A DNA stretch of 64,000 nucleotides from positions 31,992,001-32,056,000 of the forward strand of contig CM022671.1 of assembly GCA_012295275.1 (NCBI GenBank). The letters are read 5' to 3'. Made by a program: the position numbers and the translations under genes. Positions 51,317 through 64,000 of this stretch are shown piece after piece. Position 1 is the stretch's first letter; the number at the start of each line of letters is the position of its first letter. The notes below the pieces were generated by a model. The model made no database searches. It saw only the letters and a program-made list of their open reading frames with translations, and was not told the origin of the DNA. Source of the DNA: Chrysomallon squamiferum. Its lineage: Eukaryota; Animalia; Mollusca.

Positions 51317-54300
51317 TGAGCACATGAAGTTACAAGATATGACATAGGAATGAAAAACAGTTTTAAAGAATGTATATATAACAGTTTAACTGGAGAAAGA
51401 ACAGTAATTTACCACTTAAATTAGAAATCTATTTATGATTACACAAAAAGATACACATTCCTTTATTTACTTTTTTCCAAACCTTTGAAAGTGATGTAGA
51501 GGTTAAAAAAAAAAAATTGTGACTGTACCCATGCAGTTGGAATAAACATTATATGTAAAATGAAATAAAATAATATTAATATTGTTTTTCTTTTTATAGA
51601 ATTTTGGTTATTTTTTATTTTAGTTTTTTGCACGAATATTATTTGGACATTGGTTTATTTGTTTAATATATATATATATATATATATTTTATTTTTTTTC
51701 TATTATTGTTTTATTTATTTAAAAAAAGATTTTTTTTTTTGTTTTTGTTGTTGTTGTTTGTTTGTTTGTTTGTTTGTTATTATTTTTCATCACTAACATT
51801 AATAAAAGACATAAATACCAAAACTTTATTTTTAATGGTTTCACAAGATTCACCATTTTTATTCTGACTGAATTTCAGAAAATGCATAGACATTTGAAAT
51901 GAATATTAAATCAAAATATCCACAAAAGCAATTAAAAAAAATAATATAAAATAAAAAAAAAGATTTTGAATATTCAGAAGACAAATGTTTTTTTATAACT
52001 CATTTATTTAATTACTATATGTGTTTTATTCAAATGTTTTGCCTGTATACAAGCTATAAAACAATGTTATTTCAAAATTACAGTGTTACCAATCAGGTGA
52101 GCATTTGTAACAAAATAACAAATGTCCTAATATGGGGGCAGAATTTTGAAAAAGGTTGCTGTTATAATTGTATTGAAATCCAACAATACATTGGATTTTT
52201 TTTTTTTTTGTCAGAGCATCTTACAATAAGGTGATTAAGAAATCATTCCCTGTTTTTAAATCTCTTTAATCTTTATCATATCCTTTTGAATTAAATCAAA
52301 TTAATCAAAAATATTAAGAATGATATCTCATTTCATGTTAAATAGTGGTGTGTGTGTGTGTGTGTGTGTAGATTTATAAAATGACAGATGGTATCCTAGA
52401 GCTAATGGCATCTGTTACCAATAAGTAAATAAGATAATGTTCACAAAGTTGTTGTATAATATAATTTTACCTCATTTATCAGATCGCTATTCTGTAAGAC
52501 TATAACATTTTAAAAGAAGTAATGTTGTTGGGGGGTTGTTCTTTTTCAGTCATCTTGTTGATAAATTGCTTGTTAATTTTTAACAGATCTCAAACATACC
52601 TTGTTTTTCTTTTTTCATAATAATGACATGAGAGAAAAGAAAACCATACCCACATCATTCTGTGAGTTATTCTAACCATTCAGCTGTAAAGGATTATTTA
52701 TAAGAACCTTCCCAAACACAGGAAAGTACAGACCACAAAAAACAAAAAAGTGTCTGTGACCTGTCATCTCTCAGATCACAGCTGAAGTCAAAGATTTCAC
52801 TATCTGTAGATGAAATAAACTAGGAAAAATGACCAAATCAAATTCATAGTGAATTTGGTTGTTCCATATTTGCTGAAAACTGTAAATAAACTAATCATAA
52901 ACGTTATTACGCAAGAATCACACATGATGTTATTCTAGTTGAAAGGGGCTTATACATGGACATTTTAATTATACATGAACTGATGCCTATATACAGAGGT
53001 GGTTGGCTTTTACTGTTGATCTGAAGGGGTCTTGGTGGAATGGTCTGCTACTGTGCCACAAAAAATTGCCTCAGATGATTGAGGCTGGCATTACTGTTAT
53101 GGTAATTCACGTGAAATGTGCAACACATTTTTGAAAGACATTCTCTGTTGGTATGAGGTCAGGCTAATCTACTGGCCAGTCCATCCTGGTGATGGCTTAG
53201 AAAGTCTTTATTTACAGGTTGCTTAGTCCTAATTTTATTACTACAAAACAGACATTATTTTACACTGTAGCTGACACAACGAACATTCAAAAATGAAAAG
53301 ATCATTACCCTTAAATTCTTTTGACTAGTATGTGAAAGATGAGGAAAATGTTTCAAACCAGTAAATGTAGAATGCAGTTAAGATCACTGAATATCAAATT
53401 GTTTAGAAAAATCTTTACAAATATTACAAGAAATGTTAACTGCTAACAGTTGCAGCCTCCTGCTAATGCATTCAGTTTTAAATATCATTTAGTAGTGTTC
53501 AGTCCACAACCATCTACCTCAGAAAAACAACAACAACAGGATCTCCTAAATAATCTAGACTTACAAACTCATTTTATGTTACTGCTGAATATTTCAATAA
53601 AAATTAATACAAAATGGAACTGATTTAATTACATTTTATTGTTATTGCTGTAAAATATTTAGGGTAAAAAGGATTATGATATCTAAATCAGATTTTGTAA
53701 ATTGCCAATAATCATCAAAATTCTGCCCCTATAATAATCCTTCTGGTTTGAGGAATTCACACCTAATCCTGAATCAGTGCTCTCAAGGAGTTTTACAAAA
53801 ACAGAATCAACTTGTAAGCCAGTCTTTGCTAAACTAATTTATTATCACAGATTGAGTCCATAGATAATATTTATCACTTGTATGAAAGCAGTAAATGTTA
53901 ATTAAACATGAATATTTATTTCAGATTCCTTGACTTGTTGGATTTTTTTTTTTTTTTTGATGAATGCACAGATCATTTCGTAAACAGAAATGTAAATAAA
54001 AAATGGTAATAAAAAGAAAATGAAAAAACAAAACAACAACTGTGATCTGATCTGATTTGATTTATGTCGATATAGTTACCCATTAGTCAGTTATTATTAT
54101 TATTATTTTATTTGTTTTACATTTCTTTGTACGAAATGACATTGGCAAGTTTCCTTGAGAGCCCTGCCTAGACTGAACCTGAATATGTTTGTTGTTCAAA
54201 AGCATAGACCATTACTGTTGTTAATTCCTGTGTTTTTTCAGTGCACAAAGCGAATCAGACTATGCTGGCCAATTCCAGTTCTCAAGCTATTAGCGAAATG

Positions 54301-57300
54301 AACGCACATGAAGATGAATTGATAGGTGTCACTGTTTTCATTCACAAACATCTTTGTCACAGATATTTATTTATTTTATTATTATTTAAAAAAAAATTCA
54401 TTTTTTTTTCTTATTTTTTTTTTTCATTTTTCCAAATTTGTATGATTACAAATTCAGTGTGACACAGTGTTAAAAATATCATTCTGTATATATATATATG
54501 GCTATGCTTAGGGACAAACAAAAAACAAAATCAAACTGAAATGTCAAATTTATATGGTATGAGATTAAATGTGATACTTTACTATTACACGGAGGAGTGG
54601 GCAACATTTATATTTTGTTTATTTTTATTTATTTATTTATTTGTTTTTATAAATATTATTAATGATACATTCATTTTTAATTATGTTTATAAATAAATAA
54701 ATAAAAATTATAATGAAAGACTATGGGTCAAACTATGGAAGAAAATACTGACAAAGTCAAGTTACTGAATTAAACAGAAAATGTTCTGTGACAATCAACA
54801 GATAAATACATAATTTTCAGTTGGAGTGAAAATATATCTAACTGAAAGTTTGGCCTTTCATAACAGAACTGTCCATCCTGGTCAAACAGTATGAAAGGAA
54901 TAAAGAAAAACATGTTTTATCACATATAAGTCTACAGTTACATGGTCTCTTAAATTAGTTTATGGTCCATACATAAAGAGAGAAAAAAACTGTCCTCATC
55001 AAACAATGGGTTACTCTTTCTTGCAGTAGGAAAGGGTTTTTTCAGTATACTTACCCATAGACAAGGACTAAAATTGATAGTCTTTTATAAATCAGACATT
55101 GGGGATGAAATTGCCATCTGTAGCACTAAGAAGGATTGAACCAGCAGTCTGTTATGTCTTATATTTGTGTTCAAAAGACTGAGCTGAAACTTTACAAACC
55201 ACTACATGATGGGGAAGTTTGGGTTGTGTCTGATAATTAAACTTAGTATTTATAATGGACCAAACAATTTTACTTGACATATAAAGTTAATTTACTGTGT
55301 TTTAGGGTTAATTTTGTTAATGTAATAAATAAAAGAAGAAGAAGGAAAGTTTGAGGTTCATCTGTAGTGAAAAACAGTTATTTAAATTTTTATAAATTTG
55401 TTTTTTTTTTGTATCAGTCTGGTTCTATTTCATGGACCATAAAAATGCTAGAGAATAAAAAACATTTTTGCTCACTCAGTAGTAAAAGAAATTTAGGTTA
55501 CTTCACCTTTCACAGGACAGTGTCAAAATTTGCATATCTGACTGAAACTAGAGTTAAATAGAACACATGCATTTTGTAGTCTTTTCTTAGTGAATATTAG
55601 ATATAATATTTTGATGTAGTTTTGGGGGTGGAATTGGATGACTTTTTTTTTTTCGTTGTTGCTGTATAATAACAAGTGTTTAATTTTCAGAGCTGCTGAA
55701 CAATGTGCGGAGCAGTGGAATGTTGTCAAACACAATGGATCTCAGCTCTCAGACTGATCCTGTATGTTTCTTTTCTGTAAATATTATTTTTAAATATTAT
55801 ACATATACACACACTTGTGCATGCACACATTCACTCAAATACATGCATGCAGACACACACATATGTAGACACAGACATTTTACCCATCACTCTTTCTTTG
55901 TCCCCCTCCTACACCTTACATTCTCTTTCTTCCACTCAGTCTTTCTCTTTCTCACAAGTACACTTGCACATAAATCATATACATACAAAACACATAAAAA
56001 CAGATACATTCCCAAAGACACACACACACACACACACACATACATACAGACACAAACACAGATGTTAATTTGAGACTCAAATGATTAACACATTTACTGG
56101 AAAAAGAGTGGAAAAATATTTATATTTAAAATTCAAAACAACTGTAATGATTCAATTTCATTAAAAACTTTCATTATTTTTTAATTTTCTTCCCTTATAG
56201 CTATTATTGTTGTTGTTGTTGTTACTGTCAACATCATCACTGATGCTGCTGTTGTTATTTCAGTCTGATGCGGCAGCTTCAGGTCAGATCGACTTGTCCA
56301 GTGACCCAGACATGTCAATTCTTTTGCAATCGTCGCCTTACAACCCTGGTGCTGACCTCTGTCCAGTGTCCAGTCTTCCATACGGCCTGGCCGATCCCAT
56401 AGACACTGGACAGGAACTGGGAGGTCTCTCTCTCCTGCAATCAGCTCTCCTCTGTGATTCGAAGAGGCCGTTTCATCCCGTCGTCCAACATGCTGCTGTT
56501 CCCAGCATTGCGAAAAGCCCCAGAGATCTGCCAGGGACCAGTGCAGCCGTTGCTGCCAGCAATGTTGTTGAAATGAGGAACGATGCTGTTGCTCAACCCA
56601 CTCAAATGCCATCGTCACCTCCATATAACAAAACTGTGTCTGCTGCACATGCAGGGAAAGTGCCTTCTCCCCGTAACAAAGGGAGACAGTCTGCATCATC
56701 ATCGTCGTCATCATCATCATCATCTGCAGCAGCAGCAGCATTATCATTGTCAACAAATAATCAAATGTTGTCAAAGAGAAATGAAGGATTTGCTGTTCCT
56801 GTTGTAAGACTTTTTTTTAATTTAATGGGTTTTTTTTAATAATGTTATTTTGGGTTAATAAAACAATATTGTTAAAACATTTTTATTGCTTTTATTGTTG
56901 TTAAATATATAAAAAAAAAAAAAAATGATAGCAACAAAAAATATTGTAATGGTATTATACTAATTATCAATTTTTCCATCCTTATGAATAATAAACCTTG
57001 TTTGTTTGTACATAATTAGCATATTTATACTACAGTGTTGAATCGAGTATTGTTGTTCACTTTCAGGGGAAGCCGGTACATCAACATCGTAAACACAGGA
57101 ACATCGCACCAGCATTGACAACAACTGCCTCACCATCCAGTCAGAGCACATTTTTGGCTCAACTGCTCACAAAAGGTGAGTAGTTCTCTCTTTTTTTCTT
57201 TTAATTTTAATTAATTTATTTATTCTTTCTTTATTCATTCAAAGAGTTAGGCATCTTTTTTATCTTTAAAATGTTCTGGTTGTCATATTCAGAGTAAATG

Positions 57301-57651
57301 CAAAATGGCTAAATGCACAGGTGCTAAAAAAAAGTAAATTTTTCAGTAAAACCTGTTTGACATGGATGTATTCTACATATTAACACTGTTTTATGCATTA
57401 TTTTCATTTCTTTCATTTATTTATTTATATCTGAATACATATAAATTAATTTAGTTTATTTTTTAATTTTAGTTTTAGTTTTAATTTTACTTTTAATTAT
57501 GCTTCAGTGGACTTTGCAGATGAATTATTTTTATTAATTTATTTATAATTGAAAACACATTATAAAATAAATTAATTTAATTCTGTTTTTGATTTTACTT
57601 TTAATTTCAGTTTTAATTATGTTTCAGTGGACTTTGCAAAATGCGATATAT

Positions 57652-57683
<32 letters not shown>

Positions 57684-60600
57684 TATGTCTGAATCCACAT
57701 TTGAATTTACTGTCGCAGGGACATATCCTGGAGCATTAACAACTGTTAAGAAAGAGCCAACCACTGCCTCTTCATGTGGAAACCCTGTTACCACGACAAC
57801 CTATCAGCCTATCCTTCCAGCGGAGCCTGCTCGAACCTTCCCTTCATCAGCTTCAATCCCTGTCCTTCCAGCTCAGACAGCTACCACCTTTCCCATCACC
57901 ATGCCGACAGGAATAACAATAGATATTTCAAAAGTGAGTCGTTTTAATTCATTGCATCTCGATTAAGTGAAATGTTTAAAGTCTTGAATAGCTGAAATGT
58001 TTACACTTTAAAAAAAATTTCAGACTGTAATATTATTATTATTATTAGGTGGATTTGTGACTTAGGAAAGGAAAATAAAGCTCAAATAATTACAAGTTTT
58101 AGTTTTAAAATAGAAGTTCAGTATATAGGATTTACTTTAGAACAAGTCTGTAGTCAATGAAATTTTACTAATCTGGAGTTTAATTTTTTTTTTTTTTTTT
58201 GAAAGTAGACATTAAAAATCAGTTATACTGTTCTGCCTGGATGAATAAATGATTATTACGAAATATCCTGCATGTATAAGTGATGAATCATTATTATGAG
58301 TTACTTCCGTAATTAGAAAATAATGTTTTGTGCAGGTTAGTACAGATTTTTCTGCATGTATGAATTATAAATTACTTTTTGTAATTTGAAATTAATGTTT
58401 TGTATAGGTTTGTGAAAATTTTTTCTGTATATATGAATTATAAATTACTTTTTGTAATTTGAAATTAATGTTTTGTATAGGTTAGTACAGATTTTTCTGC
58501 ATGTATGAATTATGAATTACTGTTTGTAATTTGAAATTAATTTTGTGCAGGTTAGTACAGATTTTCCTACCAGTATTTTGCTAGCTGCAGCCAGCCAGGC
58601 CCTGGGAACAAGCACTGTGACAATCCGAGATAACACCAGCCAGAAGACAGGTAAATTCTATTGTTATTATTACCTTGTAATTTTTTTTTTTTTTTTTTTA
58701 TGGATGATAATTAATACTGGGCCAACAAAGAGGGAAGTATCAAATGGCTGAAATCATCTGATTTAATATTTCTAAATTATGATTTTTGATAATCAGTTTC
58801 AAAATTCTGAATCCAACCTTTGGAATGATGACAATAAGAAAATATAAATAGTTAAATGATCAGTTAAAATAAATGAATCGCAAATGATGATCAGTGATAT
58901 GTTTCTGTAAGTTTGCTATCAGCAACATCAGTAAAGTGATTTTATTTTTATCTTTATTTTTTCACTTGGGAGTCAAAACATAATTATAATTTATTTGTAA
59001 GAAATTAATGTCTTTTTTCATCATCATCGTCATTATTTCTTTTATGATTTCTTTAACTGTCTTCATCTCCAGGAAGCAACTTGGTTACCGTGACAACACT
59101 GCCAACTGTCACTCCTCTACCTGACTCGGTTGTTAACCAAGTGCAGTTCTCTACAACACCTGCATTCTTCAGCACAATCTCCAGCAGCGAGCACATTCAG
59201 CTTGATGACCCCCCACAGATATCCAGTCAGCCCAGCTCCCCCCAGTCCTCCTCTGACGACCGTCTCTCTCCTTTGTCTGGTCTGGTGAGTCATCTGTGAT
59301 TTTTTTTTTTTTTTTTAGAAATCTCTGATGTTGTCTTGTTTATCCTGATCATTTAATTTAGTGTATTTCAAAGTATTTCTCTAAACCACTTCTCCATGTG
59401 GTACTTAATTCATTGGATGAGTTATTAGATGTCTCCATTTTGACTGATAGCAGATATACGTGTTTTTCTTTTTCTGGTCTTCAGGTACTGGTTTATACCC
59501 AGCTGGTATTGCCCCTTAGCAGTACCAAAGATTGCTGTTTATAACAAATAGGCTTATTGTACAAATACACCCTGATATCCTGCATTATGTGTTAATTTAA
59601 AAATGGCCAAAAGGATCAAAGAATCATGCATCCAATTAAGAAACTTTTTATATCTATAAAATCAGTTGATTTGCAGTTTTTTTATTATTATCATTTGATA
59701 AATTCCAGCTTTTATATCATTTCAACAACTTTTTTTAAAAAGTATCAAAAGATCATTGATGAGGTGATTACTAAAGAATATATTCATTGTTGAAAGTTTT
59801 AGGAAAACACACACACACACACACACAAACATACATATATGGACATGCACACACACACACAAACATACATATACACACACACACACACATAGACACACAT
59901 ACACACACATACATATGTTTATGTCGTTTCTCAGGGCAGTCCAGCCAAGTCCAGTCTTGACCAGCCGAGAGAAAAATACACACAACACAGACGTGCTGCC
60001 CACATCACTGCAGAACAGAAGAGAAGATGTAACTTGAAGGTGTGTGCTGTCTTGAAGTTGTATTATTATTTTTATTACTGTCATTATCTTAGTGTTATTA
60101 TTGTTATTTTTATTGCTTATTTTTATCACTGTTGTTGGTCTTATTATTGCTATTTTTTGTTATTGTTATTGCTATTATTGTTGATATTGCTGTTTTTATA
60201 ATGTTTTTAATTATTGCTGTTTTTATTTTTTTTGTTTTTTGTTTTTTATTACTGTTTTGTTTTAATTTTCTTTTTCTTATTCTTATTATTATGTAACTTG
60301 AAGGTATATTCTGTAAAGAATTTTTAGGTATATCTATATATAGCTAATTATTGTTGTTGTCCTATTCTTATTATTGTTTCTTTTGATCGTTATTGTTATT
60401 GCTATTATTTTTGATTACTGTTTTTATTGTTATAGCTATTATTCATTTATTTATTATTATCATTATTATTTCTGTATTTTTTTATTATTATATAGCAGAA
60501 TCCAAATTATTCTATTTAAAAATTTACATCCATTTAGGTTACCTGTTTTATAAGCAGGTATATGTGTTGTATTATCTATGTGTGTTTTATACATACAAGT

Positions 60601-61063
60601 TATCAGCTGTTAAAAGTTGGCAGTTTTAATCAGTCTTTATATACAAGCTTTAAGTTAATTTGTATGTCTTCTTTATTAATATGATAAATAATGTGTATAA
60701 ATAAATATTCTGATGTGTAGAGATATTTTCTTATGTACATTTATAACTAAATAAGCTATTTTTTGGTGTTTTTCCATCTTTCTCTGATGTATTCAAGATA
60801 AGGGGAAAAAGTTAAGACATATTGTACATAATTTTAAACATTTGTATTTTTCAGACTGGATTTGACACACTGCACACATTAATCCCTGCCTTAGCTGCTA
60901 ATCCTAAAGTTAGCAAAGCCACTATGCTACAGAAAAGTAAGTTTTTCATTTCTTCTGTTTCTGTCACACTGCTTCATTAAACAGTTGAGTTGCTAACTGA
61001 AAACAGAAAAACCAACACAGATAGCACAGATAGCAGCCAAAAGTAGTTTAGTCATGCAGATTT

Positions 61064-61158
<95 letters not shown>

Positions 61159-63470
61159 ATTAAAACTAACATTGTAAACATATTTCTCACAGCTGCTGAA
61201 TACTGTAAAAAACTGAGGGCAGAACGAATGCAGATGCAGAAAGAAGCAGACATCCTCAAACATGAGATAGAGTCTCTCAACAATGCAATCAGGTCAGTTC
61301 TCTGCTGTGTATTATTATTGTTGTATATTACATTGTGTTGTGTTGTGTATCATAGCAGTTTGTTACTGAATTAGAATGTGTCAGATATACCCTTCACCTA
61401 TAATACTGTCAGTTTTTGAATTTAGCAAGATTACTATATGATAATATTACATTGTATTGTCTGTTAATATTAAATTGTACCATTTGTTTTCAGCACTGAA
61501 TATTAACATGATATTGTATTAAATATTAACACTGTATTGTGCTACATATTAATTGTGTATTTTACTATTTGTTTCCAATATAACATATTAATATTGTACT
61601 ACATGTTAATGTATTTTACTGTTTTCAGTAGTAACATATCGATACTGTATTTTATTATTTGTTCCCAGTAGTGACATATTAATACTGTGTTGTATTACAT
61701 ATTAATGTAATGTTTTTCCAATAATGACATGTTAATATCATATTACATTTAACGCTGTGTTTTTGTTTGTCAGTGTTGTCCAGTCACAGCTGCCGGACAC
61801 TGGCGTTCCAATGACCAGGCAGAGGGTGGACCACATGAAGGAAATGTTTGAAGAATATGTAAGAAAGAGAACTCTGCAGAACTGGAAATTCTGGATTGTA
61901 TCCCTTTACTCTTTGAAACAAATTAAACTGTATGTTAACTAAATAGGAAATTAAGTGTTTTTATGTGAATGTTTGTGTGGATGTGAGTCTAAATGCTTAT
62001 TCATTTGTTTATTTGTTAACTGATTTTCCTACCATTTTTATTTATTCTTTATAATATAAATTAAATATATACTATATTATATACATAAATGTGTACATAC
62101 ATACATAGACAGACACAGATGTATGGACATCAATATATCCATCTTTCTATTCATACATACAGAGTGACAGACAGATATGCACATGTACATATATCTGTCC
62201 ATACACACACAGACAAAGTGTTAACTGGAGAGAATTCATGCTTATCAATGGTTTCTTTATTATACAATATTATTATACAGTGTTTATTATTTTTATAATA
62301 ATATTATACAATATTTATTACACAGTGTTCATTACACGTTATTAGTTCTTTAACTAAACAAGTTCTCAGTTCTGATTGGTTCACTGTTTGATTCGTACAA
62401 CAACTCTGTGTCCACATCCAGTCTTGATGAGCTTTGTCGCACCGTCCTAGCCTGGCTTGACCAGAACTGTTCTCTAGTCACCCTCCGACCTAGTAAGTTA
62501 CCTACTTCTATTACTAGTAGTTGAAATAGTAGTTGTAATATTGGTAGTAGTAATAGCAACAGTAGCAATAACAGTAGTATTAGCAGTAGTCATCATAGCA
62601 GTAGTAGTAGTAGTAGTAGTAGTAGCAGTTGATGTATTAGAAATAATAGTAGATGTAATAGTAGTAGTAACAGTAGATATAGATGTATAGTAGTAGTAGA
62701 AGTAGTAGTAGTGGTAGCTGGCTTTGACATAGATTATTATAATCAGTAGTAGGACCACTAGTTGTAGCAGTAGTAGTTGTGATGGTGGTAGGTGGCTTCA
62801 ACAGATTATTATAATCAGTAGTAGGAGTAGTAGTTGTAGCAGTAGTAGTTGTAGTAGTAGTAGATGTAGTAGTAGTAATAGTGGTGGTGGTAACTGGCTT
62901 TGACATAGATTAATACAATCAATAGTAGCCATAATAACTGTAGTAGTAAAAGTAATGGTAGTAGTACAGGTCATTAGTGGTACAGTAGTAGCTGCAGTAG
63001 TAGTAGAAGTGATCATGGTGGTTGTAGTTGTAAAATGTGAGTAATATGAGTAGTAGGTTATTATTATTAACTTGAGTAGTGATCAGTTCCTTGTGAAAGT
63101 TCTGAAGAATAATTATCAGGTAAAAAATTTCATTAAAAACAATAAAATATAACCAATATAGTAATGTCTCTTTTAGTTTTGTTTGAAATACAAAATCACA
63201 AATAAATGAAAAATGGTCAAAATTATTTTTACATTAGCTTATCACATTCAGTTCTTTGGTTTTGTTTCAGTGTAGATGAAAACCTCCTCTGGGTTAGTTT
63301 TAATTGTTTTTACGAGATTTCTAAAGATGTTTTTGTGTTTTCAGTGGTTCTCAACGCTCTCTGTCACCTGAGTACAACTACAAGTATTCTAACAGAGCCT
63401 GCCAGAGTTGAAAGAACAAGCCACTGAAGCTGTTACCAAAAATTCTAAAACTCGGCACCACACATCCTGA
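42284..63470 (+). CDS. MLXIP: Mondo / MLX-interacting protein (MondoA/ChREBP family bHLH-Zip glucose-sensing transcription factor), ~950 aa
   Basis: Exons: 42284(or 42323)-42606, 44111-44217, 46068-46141, 46601-46717, 47709-47886, 48298-48387, 54242-54325 (less certain), 55691-55761, 56264-56803, 57067-57175, 57719-57933, 58551-58650, 59073-59284, 59935-60039, 60855-60936, 61193-61292, 61774-61897, 62363-62492, 63345-end. Mondo conserved regions IHSGHFM, SLTNLFNCMTLAYSGKITSPKW, KIRLNNIIWREW, VLEGKYWKR, QPFAFPNPRE, DLIQPGL..LQPNLDDLMD. bHLH HITAEQKRRCNLKTGF..KVSKATMLQK; DCD domain RTLQNWKFWIFS..LAWLDQNCSL. As read, the stop is at 63427; the homologous C-terminus continues in the +1 frame to 63470. 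Confidence 0.93.
44211..45030 (+). repeat. ~35-bp minisatellite, more than 20 copies
   Basis: Unit ATGCAGTGCAAGTATGGACAGTTCAGTGTATACAT, starting within the end of Mondo exon 2. Confidence 0.95.
49700..50110. repeat. Degenerate (ACT/ACC)n low-complexity tract
   Basis: Direct reading. Confidence 0.8.
52990..53195 (-). mobile_element. Decayed Tc1 transposase relic
   Basis: Minus strand 53193-53134 reads ITRMDWPVD*PDLIPTENV, a degenerate WP..SPDLNPIENVW motif. Confidence 0.6.
55005..55200 (+). mobile_element. Diverged SINE relic (Nin-domain-like)
   Basis: GGGTTACTCTTTC..AGTAGGAAAGGGTTTTTT..CCCATAGACAAGGA resembles the GGGCTACTCTTTCC..AGCAGCAAGGGATCTTTT..CCCACAGACAGGA core recalled from molluscan SINEs. 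Confidence 0.4.
58265..58565 (+). repeat. ~72-bp tandem repeat (4 copies) spanning a splice acceptor
   Basis: TTTTGTGCAG/GTTAGTACAGATTTT-like junction repeated, with the AG ending at 58335, 58407, 58480 and 58550. Confidence 0.9.
61068..61153. repeat. (GA)n microsatellite
   Basis: Direct reading. Confidence 0.97.
61898..62362 (+). other. Probable U12-type (minor spliceosome) GT-AG intron in Mondo
   Basis: 5' splice site GTATCCCTTT; branch site TTCTTTAAC at 62346-62354 just upstream of the AG (62361-62362); no polypyrimidine tract. Flanking exons join in frame as NWKFWI|FSVLI. Confidence 0.8.
62500..63060. repeat. Degenerate (GTA)n tract with internal duplications
   Basis: GTAGTA-rich; TGGCTTTGACATAGATTA..AATCA.TAGTAG-like block occurs three times. 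Confidence 0.85.
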
Positions 63471-64000
63471 TAGCCCAGTTTGTAATTGGGACACGTTGTG
63501 ACAGCCCAGTTTGTAATCGGGACACATTGTGACGGCCCAGTTTTTAATTATAACACATTATGAAAGCCAAATTTTACAATTGGGATAAGTTAACAAGTAC
63601 AACACATTTGATAGTCAGGTTAACAAATGGTACATGTACAATAATCCATTTAGAAACTGGGATACATTCTGAATTTGGACATATCTTGTTAGTCGAGTTA
63701 TAATTTGCTAATGTATTCAGATACCAGTAAAAAAATATTTGGATAGATCCTGTTAAGCAACTGGGTTACATTTTTATACCCAGTTACTGTTTCTGAGAAC
63801 CCTGTTAACAACTGGGACAAATCTTGATGTCCTCAATAACAACTGGGACAAATTGTGGTTTGGTGCGAAACTTGGAGAAATGCCTGGTCATTACAACTGT
63901 GATAATTTGCATGTTTTAAGTGCTATGGAAACCCATTTCATTTTTGGTTCGTTATCTGGTTCATTCTGGTTCATTAGCTGGTTCACGGATTAATCAGAAG

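Noticed and set aside
56181-56774. 197-aa minus-strand ORF
   Set aside because: Antisense shadow of Mondo exon 56264-56803.

Overview
AT-rich, intron-rich animal DNA, probably molluscan (inferred from gene style and a SINE-like relic). Three multi-exon genes were reconstructed by hand with phase-consistent GT-AG junctions. (1) A minus-strand secreted large-lipid-transfer (vitellogenin-N/MTP-like) gene starts at 12220 and probably continues past the left edge. (2) A plus-strand, 23-coding-exon gene (12749-37977) encodes a ~3440-aa secreted protein: signal peptide, PLAT/LH2 domain, four EGF-like/Cys-rich modules, then 15 or more DxTPP...WxGFxDxESGI Ig/FN3-like repeats. It lies head-to-head with gene 1, with start codons only 529 bp apart. 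(3) A Mondo/MLX-interacting protein gene (42284-63470) has a probable U12 intron. The introns hold a decayed Ty3/Gypsy LTR retrotransposon (tRNA-Ser PBS, 5-bp TSD) nested in a Tigger-type MITE, further pogo/Tigger, hAT, MULE and Tc1 relics, and several tandem repeats that copy splice junctions. The best candidate for an undescribed system is the divergent lipid-transfer + giant PLAT-repeat gene pair. No database searches were run; family calls rest on motif recognition.
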